Shown: one piece after another, positions 1 through 12,990 of the stretch
Position numbering within the stretch: the first letter of the stretch is position 1
Layout: each line of letters starts with the position of its first letter
Assembly: GCA_963575745.1 (NCBI GenBank)
Contig: CAUYUJ010000098.1
Location: 1-64,000, forward strand
DNA from: Prorocentrum cordatum
Taxonomy: Eukaryota
DNA: 64,000 bases
Direction: 5' to 3'
Notes under the pieces: generated by a model
What the model was told of the DNA's origin: nothing
Database searches by the model: none
What the model saw: the letters and a program-made list of their open reading frames with translations, nothing else
Translations under genes and position numbers: made by a program

Positions 1-40
1 AACAACAGCAGCAGCAACCACCACCACCACAACAACAACA

Positions 41-130
<90 letters not shown>
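1..130 (+). repeat. (AAC)n microsatellite
   Basis: AAC run visible directly; the same motif resumes at 8449-8486. Confidence 0.97.
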
Positions 131-131
<1 letters not shown>

Positions 132-190
132 TACTAGCACGTGGGGACACTCCGTTCTCACCAGTGCCAGGGTTTTCATAGGAGGCGGCA

Positions 191-608
191 AATACCCCCA
201 CTTTGTGGGGGGGCCGGTTCAAGCTCTACCAAATTTCCAAACGACTCTTCGCCACCACCCACACCCAGCTTCCCGCCCTATGACGTTCGGACACTTCACT
301 TCGTGGCCTGCGGACGACCTTGGCTACTACACTGGCGCATGGTTACAATGACTTCTTGTGGTAACATTTTGTGGAAACTAGCTTAGTATACGATGCGACG
401 CCAGCCAATACCCCCACTTTGGGGGGGGGATGTGCAAGCTCTACCAAATATCCACACGACTCTTCGCCACCACCCACACCCAGCTTCCCGCCCTATGACG
501 TTCGGACACTTCACTTCGTGGCCTGCGGACGACCTTGGCTACTACACTGGCGCATGGTTACAATGACTTCTTGTGGTAACATCTTGTGAAAACTAGCTTA
601 GTATACGA
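191..608 (+). repeat. Direct duplication of about 203 bp (191-393 and 407-608)
   Basis: Both copies run from AATACCCCCACTTT to AACTAGCTTAGTATACGA with few substitutions. Confidence 0.95.
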
Positions 609-857
609 CTTATACCCCTGTTCCAACAATGGGCACGTGTACCGTTTTCCGACGTTTTAGTTTCTGTACCACACAAGCAAGACCCTTATTTTGACTGGTA
701 TCACGTGCGTGGCGCCAGCATACCACAGGACTTGTTTCCGTTGTTGTGAAACGATATATGCTCATTCTTGTTCTGTGGTTCTCGTTCCGGCCTCAATGTG
801 CAATACTGGCTCACTCGTCGACGAAATACACGTGACTACCTCTCTCTGGTTGGAGGT

Positions 858-1105
858 CCTGATGGTTGTGGTTGTCCCGATAATTGTCGCGATGAGTGTC
901 CCGATGATTGTCCCGATTGTTGTTCCGATGGTTCTCCCGATGGTTGCCCCGATGGTGGTCCCGATCGTTGTCCCGATGGATGTCCCGATGGTTGTCCCGA
1001 TGGTTGTCCTGATGGTTGTGGTTGTCCCGATCGTTGTCCCGATGGTTGTCCCCATGGTTGCCGCGATGGTTGTTCCGATGGCGGCCCCGATGGTTGTCCC
1101 CATGG
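858..1105 (+). repeat. 12-bp minisatellite (GATGGTTGTCCC)n
   Basis: About 20 variant copies; they produce the CPDG, TTIG and VVPM peptide repeats in the ORF track. Confidence 0.92.
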
Positions 1106-1188
1106 GTGCCCCGCCGGAGGAGGAGGAGGAGGAGGAGGAGGAGCAGCAGGACAAGGCGAGGCGGACGCATACGTGCTCTGGAAGCATA

Positions 1189-2333
1189 CTAAAGAGACGA
1201 GTCTGTGTGCTCATCGTCTTCTGGCATGCGCCTGTCCCTAATGGCACGCATCGGGCGCAATACTGCAAGCTGCGCTCCTGGCACCCATACATCAGGGGCC
1301 AAGTGTCCCAGCATGGTGCCGATACGCCTCCTCGCGGACACATCGCCCGTGCGTCCGTGGGGCGCCAATACCGCCAGGACGCCCTGGACATGCGCCGGCA
1401 TACCCAGATCCACACGGTAATCCATGACATTCCCATACTCGGACTGCCCGAAAGAACGCCATACAGGCATGTGCCACCAATGATCCTGCTTCGGGAACAA
1501 GGTGATACCATCCTTGACGTCGTGGGAGGCATTCCACAGAGCCATACATGGCGGCTCCATGCCCATGGATGCCGTGTGTGTTGCCACAAATACATCCAGG
1601 CTCGCCATGCGCCTGTATGACAGACCTGATACCACCTCGGAATGCACGTGAATACGCAGGAGCTGCAACAGCCTGCGCAAGCCAGCATACACCCAGCCGC
1701 CGGGTCGGACGAATACGTGCGAACTCCAGTTCGCTATACCAGCTTGGGTGCACAGCCGATTGAATACTTCCGCAAGTGTGCCCAGATACTGCGCGGCTGG
1801 ATCTTTGAAACCATCAAAGTTGCCGAATACCAAGCCAGGGTAGAAGTATACAGCGAACGCCATCCACTCTGGGGTCTCGATGCCTCCCATACGCCGCTGG
1901 TTCTCGACCATACCGTTCTCCTTTGAACGGCGCGTGCTCTCCGCGGTCGACACACACAGGCATACGCCCGTGAGTCCCTGCCACATACACGGAAAATACA
2001 CTGCGGTCGCGAACCACGTGGTCTCGCGCAGCACCTTTCAGGAGAGAAAAAAGTACCAATACCACCAGCTAAGGGGGTGGCCGCGCCTTCCCCTCGAGCT
2101 GGTGGCACCTCGTTCCAGGCACTCTCTGGAGGCATGCCCGGAAGGAACCACCAGCTCGAAGAGTGAGCGGCCACCCCCCTAGCTATGTGGTACTGTTGTC
2201 TCTCCTGAGCCTTGAGCCATTGGAATACCAATCCGTCCCCGCCGGGTGACACAGACCAGCGCCTCATACCCTCGGCCACCTCCTCGTTGGATGGGATATA
2301 CTCCCCAGTCTGTTCGTCCCACTGCCCTGCCAT
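1189..2333 (-). CDS. Hypothetical protein of about 380 aa, probably one ORF broken by a frameshift near 2040
   Basis: The MAGQWDEQ frame (ATG at 2333) and the LRETTWFATAVYFP frame (1189..2034) overlap near 2040; both read as complex, non-repetitive protein; no recognised domain. Confidence 0.5.
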
Positions 2334-2513
2334 TGCCAACAATACGGACGCGCGTGCAAATATGGAAAGAGATACGAAAAGCAATATACGACTGGAGCCC
2401 CAATGGCTAAGGCACACACATAATGCTGTGGGAAAGTGCCAAAGTCCATACGAACGGAAACGAAGCACATACATGTGTCAAACTGATCAGACAACTCAAT
2501 CTCACAAGCAGGT

Positions 2514-2965
2514 GAGGTTGATGGCGGCTCCTGTTTCAAAACAAGAGTTCCCGATGAGGCACTCTGGAGGGACCCAAGGGGAGGCGCCGTGAGAGGCGGG
2601 GCCCGAGGCCTCTGGGGGCTGGGGTGGGCCAGGGGGATAAGGTTGAGGGAGGCCTGTTTCAAAACGGGGTTCTCGCTTGAGTTCCCGATGGGGCGCTCTG
2701 GAGGGACCCGAGGAGAGGCGCCGTGAGAGGCGGGGCCCGAGGCCTCTAGGGGCTGGGGGGGGCCAGAGAGGGCACGGAGGATTAGGTTGAGGGGGGCTCC
2801 TGTTTCAAAACAGTGCTCTCGCTTGAGTTCCCGATGGGGCGCACTGGAGGGACCCGAAGGGGGGCGCCGTGAGAGGCGGGGCCCGCGGCCTCTAGGGGCT
2901 GGGGGGGACCAGAGAGGGAGGATGAGGTTGAGGGCGGCTCGTGTTTCAAAACGGGGTTCTCACAC
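2514..2965 (+). repeat. GC-rich tandem repeat, unit about 130-143 bp, about 3.3 copies
   Basis: Repeated block CTGTTTCAAAAC...GAGTTCCCGATG...GGAGGGACCC...GCGCCGTGAGAGGCGGGGCCCG. Confidence 0.9.
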
Positions 2966-2999
2966 TGATAGGACAACTCACACTCACAAGCAGGTTAGT

Positions 3000-4455
3000 C
3001 AACATATTGTCACATTTCTGGATCAAATTTCAGACACATGCATTTGTTATATATGGTACATATTGCACATGATACATATGATAGACATGAGACAAAGACA
3101 CACAACAGTTGGTCACATTTTTGGGACAAATTTCAGACTCATGCATTTGATATAGATGATACATATTGCCATTGATTTCCTGGACATGAGACTAAGACAC
3201 ACAACAGTTGGTCACATTGTTGGGGCAAATTTCGTACACATGCCTTTGTTATATATGATACATATTGCACATGATACATCTGATAGACCTAAGACAAAAA
3301 CACACAACAGTTGATCACATTTTTGGTGCAAATTTCAGAAACACGCATTTGTCATACATGATACATATTGCACATGATACATATGATAGACATGGGATAA
3401 AGACACACAACAGTTGGTCACATTTTTGGGGCAAATTTCGGCCTCATACATTCCTTATTGTGATACATATGGCACATGAATAGATTAGACATGAGACAAA
3501 GACACACAACAGTTGGTCACATTTGTGGGGCCAATTTCGGGGACATGCATTTGTTATACATAATACATATTGCACATGATATGATAGACATGAGACAAAG
3601 ACACACAACTGTTGGTCACATTTTTGAGGCAACACCATGCATTTGTTATACACACAACAGTTGATCACATTTTTGGTGCAAATTTCAGAATCACGCATTT
3701 GTCATACATGATACATATTGACATGATACATATGATAGACATGAGACAAAGACGCACAACAGTTGGTCACATTTTTGAAGCACATTTCGGCCTCGTGCAT
3801 TTGTTATGTATGATACATTTTGCACATGAATATATTAGACATGAGACAAAGACACAAAACAGTTGGTCACATTGTTGGGGCAAATTTCGGGGACATGCAT
3901 GTTATATATGATACATATTGCACATGATATGATAGACACGAGACAAAAGCACACAACTGTTGGTCACATTTTTGTGGCAAATTTCAGACACATGCATTTG
4001 TCATATATGAGTCATATTGACATGGTACATATGATAGACATGAGACAAAGACACACAACAGTTGGTCACATTTTTGGGGCAAAATTCAGACACATGCATT
4101 TGGTATATATGATACATATTGCACATGATACATATGCTAGACCTCAGACAAAGACACACAACAGTTGGTCACATTTTTGGGGCAAATTTCGTCCACATGC
4201 ACTTGCTATATATGATGCATATTGCACATGGCACATATGATAGACACGAGACAAAGACACACAACAGTTGGTCACATTTTTGGGGCAAATTTCGGACACA
4301 TGCACTTCTTATATATGATACAGATTGCACATGATGTGATAGACATGAGACAAAGACACACAACAATTGATCACATTTTGGGGGCAAATTTCGGACACAT
4401 GCATTTGTTATATATGATACATATTGCACATGACACATATGATAAGCATGAGAGA
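3000..4455 (+). repeat. AT-rich tandem repeat, unit about 100 bp, about 14 copies
   Basis: Unit ACACAACAGTTGGTCACATTTTTGGGGCAAATTTC...GATACATATTGCACATGATACATATGATAGACATGAGACAAAG. Confidence 0.95.
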
Positions 4456-4678
4456 AAAACATTATAGGACAACTGAAACTCACGAACAAGTTTGTGGGGC
4501 ACATACACCCACAGACCAGGTGGTCTCATTATTTGGGACATTTTGTTTTGCCACTCCCGCGCACTTCATATATGCACTCCCGAGATGCAGAGAAGCAATG
4601 CCCTGGTCTAAATGCATGCAGCCCCTGCCTCCCCAGTGCGCACGCACGACTCTGGAAAATTGCTCATATACCGTGCCA

Positions 4679-5515
4679 TCAGGCAGTGCCGAAATCGTTG
4701 ACGGCGGAGCCCTGTGAGCCCACCGCCTCCACGTCAATACCGTTGCGGCCCAACGCATGACGGACCTTCACAGCAGCCTGGAACTCTTGAAGTGATACCT
4801 CCTGCTGCTCTGGACCAGCTCCGTGAAAACTGTTCCCGTGATACCTGAAACAGGTGGCGGCCCTGTGGTGACACTGAGCCACGAATGCCAACCCCCCACA
4901 GCTTTGCCAATGGGCCATCATACGCACTCGCGAAAGTTTACCCTTGTCGAGCCACTCATACACTTTCTTCGCATGCTGGTCCAATGCCGGCTCAGTCTTC
5001 GTGTCCGGCAGCACTGCTTCGTCCATACCGCTCGCACGCAGAGCGGCAGCACCCCTTTTCTCATACTGCTTCTTGGGTGCCAGGCAATACTGCAAGGACG
5101 GCAGGATCTCCTCAATCTCTTTGTAGAACTCCTCATACATCGTCGGATTCAATACCGCCTTGTTCGCCGCCTGTACCGAGGGATCGTTTTGATGCTCGCA
5201 GAAGGTCTTCATCGCGTGAATGAAACGGTTAATACCGACACCCCTCCGCTCCGGCTCCTTGCTGCACATCTCCGACATCCATACGGCCCCACTCTTCAGC
5301 GGCTCCTGCATCTCGTTCCATACCTGCTTGTCCGATAACTTCGCGAACTTGGAAGGCCCGTATACGTTGAGCAACTGCGACGGCAACGTCTCGAATACCT
5401 TCAGCCACTCCCGCTTCTTCTGGTCCTTCGCCTTCTCCGCTGAGGCCGGGGCGCCCGGTTGCGCCCCTGGAACCAACATCGCGAAGTCAGTGGCCATACC
5501 ACTGTCGAGGCTCAT
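4679..5515 (-). CDS. Hypothetical intronless protein, 278 aa from MSLDSG
   Basis: Uninterrupted, compositionally normal ORF (track 4679..5626); no family recognised. Confidence 0.65.
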   Translation of the reverse strand: MSLDSGMATDFAMLVPGAQPGAPASAEKAKDQKKREWLKVFETLPSQLLNVYGPSKFAKLSDKQVWNEMQEPLKSGAVWMSEMCSKEPERRGVGINRFIHAMKTFCEHQNDPSVQAANKAVLNPTMYEEFYKEIEEILPSLQYCLAPKKQYEKRGAAALRASGMDEAVLPDTKTEPALDQHAKKVYEWLDKGKLSRVRMMAHWQSCGGLAFVAQCHHRAATCFRYHGNSFHGAGPEQQEVSLQEFQAAVKVRHALGRNGIDVEAVGSQGSAVNDFGTA

Positions 5516-6335
5516 TGCGACCGATTGGATCGAAACCGCAGGGAATATACTTCCGAGTGGGAAGACTGGTACTGCCGCGCCAGCTGTGAGATTATATGGC
5601 TGCAATGGGAGACGTATGATACACATGAGACAAAGTCAACACATAGCATTTTAACATTATCGCCTTTTCCGTCTTAGAAGCGCCGAAGACGTTCCAAGAG
5701 GCCCAAAAAAGAGGAGCAAAGACGGCCCAAGAGGACCCCAGTATAGCCCTGGAGGCCCCCCAAGACGACCCCGAGAGGCCCCCAAGATGGCCTCAAGAGA
5801 GTGAACTCGAACAGACCCTTCTAGTCCTCCACCCCAAGATGACCCCAACAGCCCCCATTTTTGGGCCAGTTTGGAGACGCAACATGTCGGTATATATGAT
5901 ACATACCAGCCTTGCTCTTTGTCGGAGATACACGCGTAGGGAGCCACCGTGTGCTCAACAAGTCACATTTTTTTGGAACAGGTACGTGAAAATACTCTTT
6001 CTATGCATGCATGTATGTCTGTATGTATTTCTGCATTGTGTATCTATGTAAAAATGTTATAACACATGCATACGACGATATGTAACTCTCAGCGCATGTC
6101 TCGACGTACGCGTTATATGTCATTCATACGACGTATGTAACTCTGAGTGCATGTCTCGACGTACGCATGTGTATGTGCATGTGACTGTGTAGGTAAGGTC
6201 TATGTGTAAAGAATGGCTATGCGCGTCGAACTAGTATGTTTACATGTGTGTATGTATGTATATGTGAATGTCATTGCTGCTATATGCTCTTCTTTCATAC
6301 TTTTCTGGTCGACCACTGTGTCAGACAACATGCAA

Positions 6336-7487
6336 CTATACAAATGAACACCGCCCTCGGGGTTCAGCCAGCAACGCCTCCAACTTGACTTTGGATAATC
6401 GTCTGGTGATCCACCTTCCCTGCATTTTAATTCTTTCATACTCAGAGCCGCCGCGAGCGTGCACTGCGGATACCAGCTCCTCGTAACTCCTCTTCCGCGC
6501 CCCCGTGCCTGCAGGCTTCTGCATACCGCGCTGCACCAGCACCGCGAGCTTCTTCTTAGTATACGACTTCGCGTACTTGATACCCAGACCCTTCGCGGCC
6601 TTGACCAAGCCGCGATACTGCTGATTGTGCTGGACCTTCTGAGTCACAACGCTCAGACAACTCGCGAGCACACGGAACTCTGGAATGCCATCCAATTCAA
6701 CCTTGGGACACAAACGGCGGCGACCCATCTGAAACGCCACCTCCCAAGGTCCGCCAGCGCGTTTGGAGGGTAACTTCCGCAGCACAGCGAGTGATACACC
6801 CACACAGCTGCGGATCTCCTCCAAAACCTGAATTGTGTAAGGAAGCGTGGATACACTGCATGCGAGCCCATGTCGGACACGCGAAACATTTGCCCGCACA
6901 GACTTCCTCTTGTCATGCTGCTCAATGAGATACCAAAGACCACGCAGCGAATACCTATTGATAGCCTGCCGCGTCTCGCAGAACAATACATACATGGTCG
7001 CGGCACTCACTTGAGACGTGGTGTTTAGAGCCTTCCTCATACGACCCAATGCTGTGGTCATACTGTCGCAGGACACCACGCCAAAATGCGCGAGCCCCGC
7101 CGCAGCATTGCGCCCATACTTCCGACACTGCCGCTTCAGAAACCACTGATGCAGCTCCTCGGTATACTCCGCGGGCGCGCAGCCCATGAAAAACTCAAGC
7201 ATGTGCATAAAACACCGCATACAGTCCATGCTGTTATACTTACCTGCCATCTTCACCTGGTTCTTCTGAACAGCCACGGCCACATAGTCCGGGATACTGT
7301 CCCCGATGGCCATGATGTCAGCGCTCGCGACCGAGACGCCCACCACACGGGGACGCTGAAGCCCCGATACTACGTGCGCCCACTTCTCCGCAAATGCAAC
7401 AAGGCGCCGTCGTATACGAGCCCTGCGAAGAGTGCGAATGAAGTTCAAACCAGAATACGCCATGTGCAAACCTTCCCGATGGGCCAA
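6336..7487 (-). CDS. Hypothetical basic protein (up to 383 aa) with possible C-terminal Rho-N/HEH-like helical motifs
   Basis: Uninterrupted ORF; LVKAAKGLGIKYAKSYTKKKLAVLV and SYEELVSAVHARGG...RLSKVKLEALL resemble helix-extension-helix nucleic-acid-binding motifs (by eye only). Confidence 0.55.
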   Translation of the reverse strand: MAHREGLHMAYSGLNFIRTLRRARIRRRLVAFAEKWAHVVSGLQRPRVVGVSVASADIMAIGDSIPDYVAVAVQKNQVKMAGKYNSMDCMRCFMHMLEFFMGCAPAEYTEELHQWFLKRQCRKYGRNAAAGLAHFGVVSCDSMTTALGRMRKALNTTSQVSAATMYVLFCETRQAINRYSLRGLWYLIEQHDKRKSVRANVSRVRHGLACSVSTLPYTIQVLEEIRSCVGVSLAVLRKLPSKRAGGPWEVAFQMGRRRLCPKVELDGIPEFRVLASCLSVVTQKVQHNQQYRGLVKAAKGLGIKYAKSYTKKKLAVLVQRGMQKPAGTGARKRSYEELVSAVHARGGSEYERIKMQGRWITRRLSKVKLEALLAEPRGRCSFV

Positions 7488-7526
7488 ATACGAGCATCCC
7501 CTCTCTTTGCATACTGCCTCGGATGG

Positions 7527-8150
7527 GATCCTATACAGATCCGATACGGACTGTATACGATCCTATACAGATCCGATACGGACTGTATACGATCCTATAC
7601 AGATCCGATACGGACTGTATACGATCCTATACAGATCCGATACGGACTGTATACGATCCTATACAGATCCGATACGGACTGTATACGATCCTATACAGAT
7701 CCGATACGGACTGTATCGGATCCTATACAGACCCGATACGGACTGTATACGATCCTTCACAGATCTGATACGGACTGAATAGGATCCTACACAGATCTGA
7801 TACGGACTGAATAGGATCCTACACAGATCCGATACGGACTGCATAGGATCCTACACAGATCCAATACGGACTGCATAAGACCCTTTCCAGATCCGATACG
7901 GACTGTATAGGACCCCCTACAGATCCCATACGGACTGTATAGGATCATATACAGATCCGATACGGACTGTATCGGATCCTATACAGATCCGATACAGACT
8001 GTATGGGACCCTGTACAGATCCGATACAGACTGTGTGGGACCCTGTACAGATCCGATACAGACTGTATGGGACCCTGTACAGATCCGATACAGACTGTAT
8101 GGGACCCTGTACAGATCCGATACAGACTGTATAGGGCCCTGTACAGATCC
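7527..8150 (+). repeat. 32-bp self-complementary minisatellite, about 19 copies
   Basis: Unit GATCCTATACAGATCCGATACGGACTGTATAC; period confirmed at 7559 and 7591. Confidence 0.96.
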
Positions 8151-8361
8151 GAGGCCCGCACTGCGACCCCGTCCCACTGGGTCGCAGCGCGGGCCTCCGC
8201 TATATGGCAGAGGCCACGAACCGTGTGAGGGGCGCGCCGAAATGGGCCCCAGGCCTTCGGCTCCGCCCCCTGTGGGGCCACGAACCGTGCGAGGGGTGCG
8301 CCGAAATGGGCCCGAAACTTTCGGTTGCCCGTCCGGACCCCCCCCCCGGTTGTTGTGAGTG

Positions 8362-8593
<232 letters not shown>

Positions 8594-8703
8594 GCTCTCT
8601 GTCGACAAATGGTCGTATTATTTCTGCTGTCGCTCAAAAAAGTAATGAATCAAACACATTAAAATAATTGAAATTAGAATCCCTGGAGGTGATTTGTACA
8701 TAG

Positions 8704-8741
<38 letters not shown>

Positions 8742-10519
8742 CTAAAATTACATAAAATAAATGTAACTATAATATGGTTCATTACATTTTCAAACATAAA
8801 ATATCTTAGAATTTCGCTTGCTGTCCCCAAGTTCTCAATTAAAGTTGACTCGTTACGGTAAAAAAACATGTCTGTGTTCGTTCTTGAAAAACACATTAAC
8901 AACATGTTATTTACGTATTTCGTTTTCGTTCTGCCGTTTCATTTGCACTGTTTCAATTTTTCTTGGATAGAAAAAGGCGGGGGGGGGGGGGGGGGGGGGG
9001 AATGTAAATATCAAATTCAAACGGCGAACTACTGCAATTTAAACTCTCTGGAATACCATTGGAACATTCCTCGTGATATGCCGAAATCTTTCCCCGGAAA
9101 ACGATATTAATTTACACAATTCTGACATAAAACAATGCATCATTATATATCTCTTGTGAGAAACAGATGTCACAATGTCATTGTATCCAACATGTCAACC
9201 AAAACGTGAAATCATATTGTATCGAACGCTACTCTTTCTAAACGAACAAACTGAAAATACGAAATGACGCTTTACAATCAAAATATATTGTTCAATTAAC
9301 TTCAATATAGGAAACCAAAAATAATCAATATAATAGAATTTCAAATCCATGTTATAATAACTTTTGGATTTTGAAATTAACACGCAATTGATACGTTAAA
9401 AACCTGATACATATCGGGCATAGATCCATTACAAGAAACATATACATACGAATTCACGAATGACTATTTTTCAATTTCTTATTCTAATCTCTTGTATATA
9501 CGTGTATATATATATATATATATGTAAGAGGATGCATTTCGAACAAGCCTGAAATCTCTCCAGATTCCTGCTTGAAACCAGAAACACCGTCAACACATCT
9601 GCAGGAACAAATTCTGAGTAAGAGACCTTCGTTGGCCGTTTCGTTTTCCTTGTCTCTTCTGCTTTCCAGCAGGCCTCAGCTAAATATTATTTGTTATAGT
9701 TTGTTCTTTACATCCCCGCGAAACAAAGACCTCGCCATTCCTTTCGAATCAATCCAAAAGGCGGCAATAGCAGAGGCCCACGTGCGCCCCGGGTCAGAAG
9801 CCTGGAAAGAGGCAGCCAGAAACCAGATTTCAAAAAAAAACTGATCATCATTTTCCGGATTGCTTCAAACAGCACGCGGCCGGAAAATCCCGGCAGCAAA
9901 GTAAGCTAAACGCCGAGAAAACCATAGGACGGAAGGACAAGAGGGGCAAGGGAGGGGGGGAACGGAGGAAGGGCGAAAAGGAGAAAGACGGCAGCAGCAA
10001 ACGACGACTTGTTTTTTTTCTACGCAGCCTCACGGGGACGAACCAAGCCACACGCGGGTCACACCAGCGTCAACGCGCACTAAAAATTGAAGAATAAAAT
10101 AAGCAAGAGACGGAAAGAGAAAGCGGAACGAGGAAGAAAAGAGGAGGACAAGAGAAAGACGAACAGAGAACAAGAAGAAGAAGGAAAAAAAGAAGAAGAA
10201 CAGAAAGAGGACGAAAGAAGAAAACGAGAAGGAGGGAGGGAGGGAAGTGGGCGCGGCAAGCAGGCAAGCAAGCAGGGGGGGAGCGAAGAAGAAAAAGAAA
10301 AGGAAAGCGCCGGACGCGCCGGGCGAGGATAAAAAAAAACGCCTGCGGACCGAGCACCGCTCAGAACCCGCGCGGGGGGAGGAGCAGAGGAGAAGAGGGA
10401 GACGGCGGACGACGGCAACGACAGCAGCAAACAGGAGAAGAGAGGGGGGGGAAGGAGGGGAGGGAAGAGAGAGAAGACAAGAACAACAAGGAAGGGAGAG
10501 GGAGAGAGACAAGATGGAG

Positions 10520-11578
10520 AGCTAGCCGGGCGGCTGCCAATCCTGGCACCGGCGCAAAGGGTGGTCTGCAAACGGAACGCGGCAACTTCAAGTATTTGTC
10601 CAGTCAGGGTACGAATCGGCCATTTCCCTGAGCAAAGTTTGGAGAAGCGCTTGAAAGTCGTGGACACTTTGGGCAGCCACAATGCTGTCTGGACCAGACA
10701 GTCTGGTAGAAGGTTATATACTCCTACTGAGCCAAGAACAGAACGGCGAGCAAAATCTGGAGCGCGAAGCTGGACAGGGTCAACCAGGTGCCGGGCGTGA
10801 CGCCGAGGAGAGCGAGGAGGAGGAGGAGGACCGGAAGGGGAGAAGAAGGAGGAGAAATGGGCGGAGCCATGGCCAAGCACGACACGGCGGACAACGCCGA
10901 GCATCGCAATGTCTCGCCGGAAGGCCAGAGGAGCCAGCGAGAAATGATATAACGCTTCTCTTTCCGTTATCGCAACAGCAAAAAGAAAGCTGGATTGAAC
11001 AGCGTCAAGAGGAGCAAGAGAGGAGGAGGAGGCGAAGTGAAAAACGCAACTTCGGTACTCTATATATGACACAATCTGGGCTTGGTATAACAAGATAATA
11101 TCAGCAGGTTTATAGAAATAACGGCATCGCAACAAACTACGTAATTTCCATCCACAATCACAAATACAGGTCTGAATGGCTCCATGCATAACAAGCGAAG
11201 GTCAAACACAATTCCCAACAACTGAAATGATGCTCCACACGGACGGCTGCGAGAAATGATATGCTTGCTTTCCTCGCCAGGGTCACGAACGACCCGGTTA
11301 GCAGCGCCCCACCTGCGCAGAGAAGTTTGACACTCGTCAAGCACGCGGTGGCCCTGGTCGTCTCTAACACTGTTGTCGACCACCCGGAGAGCAATGAGGT
11401 CATCCGCATAAACGAGCTCTTCAAAAATAGTGGCCCGAACGGCCATGCACGAGTCAGAAAAAAAGGCGCTCCAAAGCGGATGCCCCAAGACAGCGCCTTA
11501 GTGAATCATACCCATGCGGGCCGCGACAATTTACCTTGAACTCGCGGGTGAGCACAACGTTGCTTGAACACGATATCA
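10520..11578 (-). pseudogene. 5'-truncated non-LTR retrotransposon ORF2 fragment (RT C-terminal part and downstream region)
   Basis: VYADDL motif in ORF 11060..11488, then LLGIVFD, LYQAQIVSYIEY, LDAVQ and LAPLAFRRDIAML in ORF 10080..11189; stops and frameshifts; pyrimidine-rich tail downstream (about 10080-10510). Confidence 0.85.
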
Positions 11579-11601
11579 CTTGAGCCGAAATTGCTTGAGC
11601 C
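11579..11601 (-). other. Possible tandem spliced-leader relics
   Basis: Minus strand reads ...CTGGCTCAAG CAATTTCGGCTCAAG; the second unit matches the 15-nt relic CCATTTTGGCTCAAG at 13/15. Confidence 0.5.
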
Positions 11602-12339
11602 AGTTGCCGAACAGTGGGCGTCCCGGGTGTTACTGCAGCTCTGGTGATAGAACCGGCCCTTCTGGTAATCCTGATCCTGTTCCTCCTGGTTTGACGGCTT
11701 CATCCGATGACAAGCTTAATTTTATCATGGGCAATATGATTACGCAAACACAGTTTAACTGTCAAATGAACCAGCACTCCATTGATTTTCTATATTTTTG
11801 TATTTTTATATCAAACATGTTTTATTGTTTATTTGTTCTGTTTGCAATGTTATGTTTTTCTTTGTTCTATCTATTTATTGTATTATTATTTTTTGGGTAT
11901 TTATAAATTACCTCGCTGCAGCACGAACAAATAACCTCACCACACGTGAACGCAAAAACTGCGCGCGCGAGGTCTCTCAGAGACAACAAGACCAACGCAA
12001 AGAAAGAGGAAAAAAAATAGGGGGGAGGACGGGAGGGAAACGGAAAAGGAAGGAAAAACAAGCGGATGACAACGGAGAGGATGAAAAAAGGAAGGCGCAG
12101 GAAGCGCCGGCACGCCGTGCAAAAAAAACGCATCCCGGCTGCAGTCCACACAGCACGAAGGGGACGAGGAGAAAGCGAGAAGGAGGGGGAGCGCCAAACG
12201 GACAGCAGGCACGACGACGAACGAAGGCGATGGCGAAACACGACAGCAGCAGGCAAGAGGGACGGAAGGAAGGGGGAGCAAAAAGGAGGGAAGGGGAGGG
12301 AAGGAAGGGGGAGGAGAAAAGGGGAAAAGGCGAGACGAG

Positions 12340-12990
12340 CAACTAACCGCGTCAAGCGCGACATGCCCGCATCGGGCGCACGGCAAGGGAGAGCCGCGGT
12401 GAAAACGTGTGCTTCCAGTCGGCGCACCGAACAGCACGGGCACGAAAGAAACATTGCAGCCTCGACTGGAGCCGGGAGACAGACTGAGCTGCTATGACGA
12501 AATCGGGCGATAGATTATAAATCCAGATAGCACCAAGAGCAAAATCAAATATATAATCAGGTGAATCAAGCCCGTTCGATAGCGGGAAAGGAAGGAGGAC
12601 AAAGAACGGAAACCGGGAGAACCAGAAGGAGCCGAGACCGAGGACACACCGATGGATAACTCTGAACATAATCATATCACGTCTTGTGCTACAAGGTGCA
12701 ACTCTGTTGACGATCGACCACACAGCTTCCATCACAATTTGCTCCCACGACGGATGAAACGAAACTTCCCTCGAAAACGCTGGATATAATAATTGTGAGC
12801 GTTCGAAAGACCATCACTACAAAAACGGCACACTGCCGGATAAAACTCGGTGCCTGCAGCGAACATGTTCTGCCAAACGGACACATTCGGCTGCGAGCCA
12901 AGGATAAAACTGGAAACAGACGAATCGGAAGGAATGGCTCACTGAACTCTAAATTTATGTATGTGAACAATCTAGCAACTATATCAGGTG
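12340..12990 (-). pseudogene. Second, more decayed and internally deleted LINE ORF2 fragment related to the one at 10520-11578
   Basis: APCSTRRDMIMFRVIHRCVLGLG...ALGAIWIYNLSPD parallels APLAFRRDIAMLGVVRRVVLGHG...VLGSVGVYNLLPD; similar pyrimidine-rich tail at about 11940-12340. Confidence 0.7.

Noticed and set aside
691..1241. Cys-rich CPDG or Thr-rich repeat protein
   Set aside because: These are translations of a 12-bp minisatellite that is open in several frames.
2211..2219. TGGCTCAAG as an SL relic
   Set aside because: Only 9 nt match, it lies inside an ORF, and the same 9-mer is common in the CCAAGA repeats.
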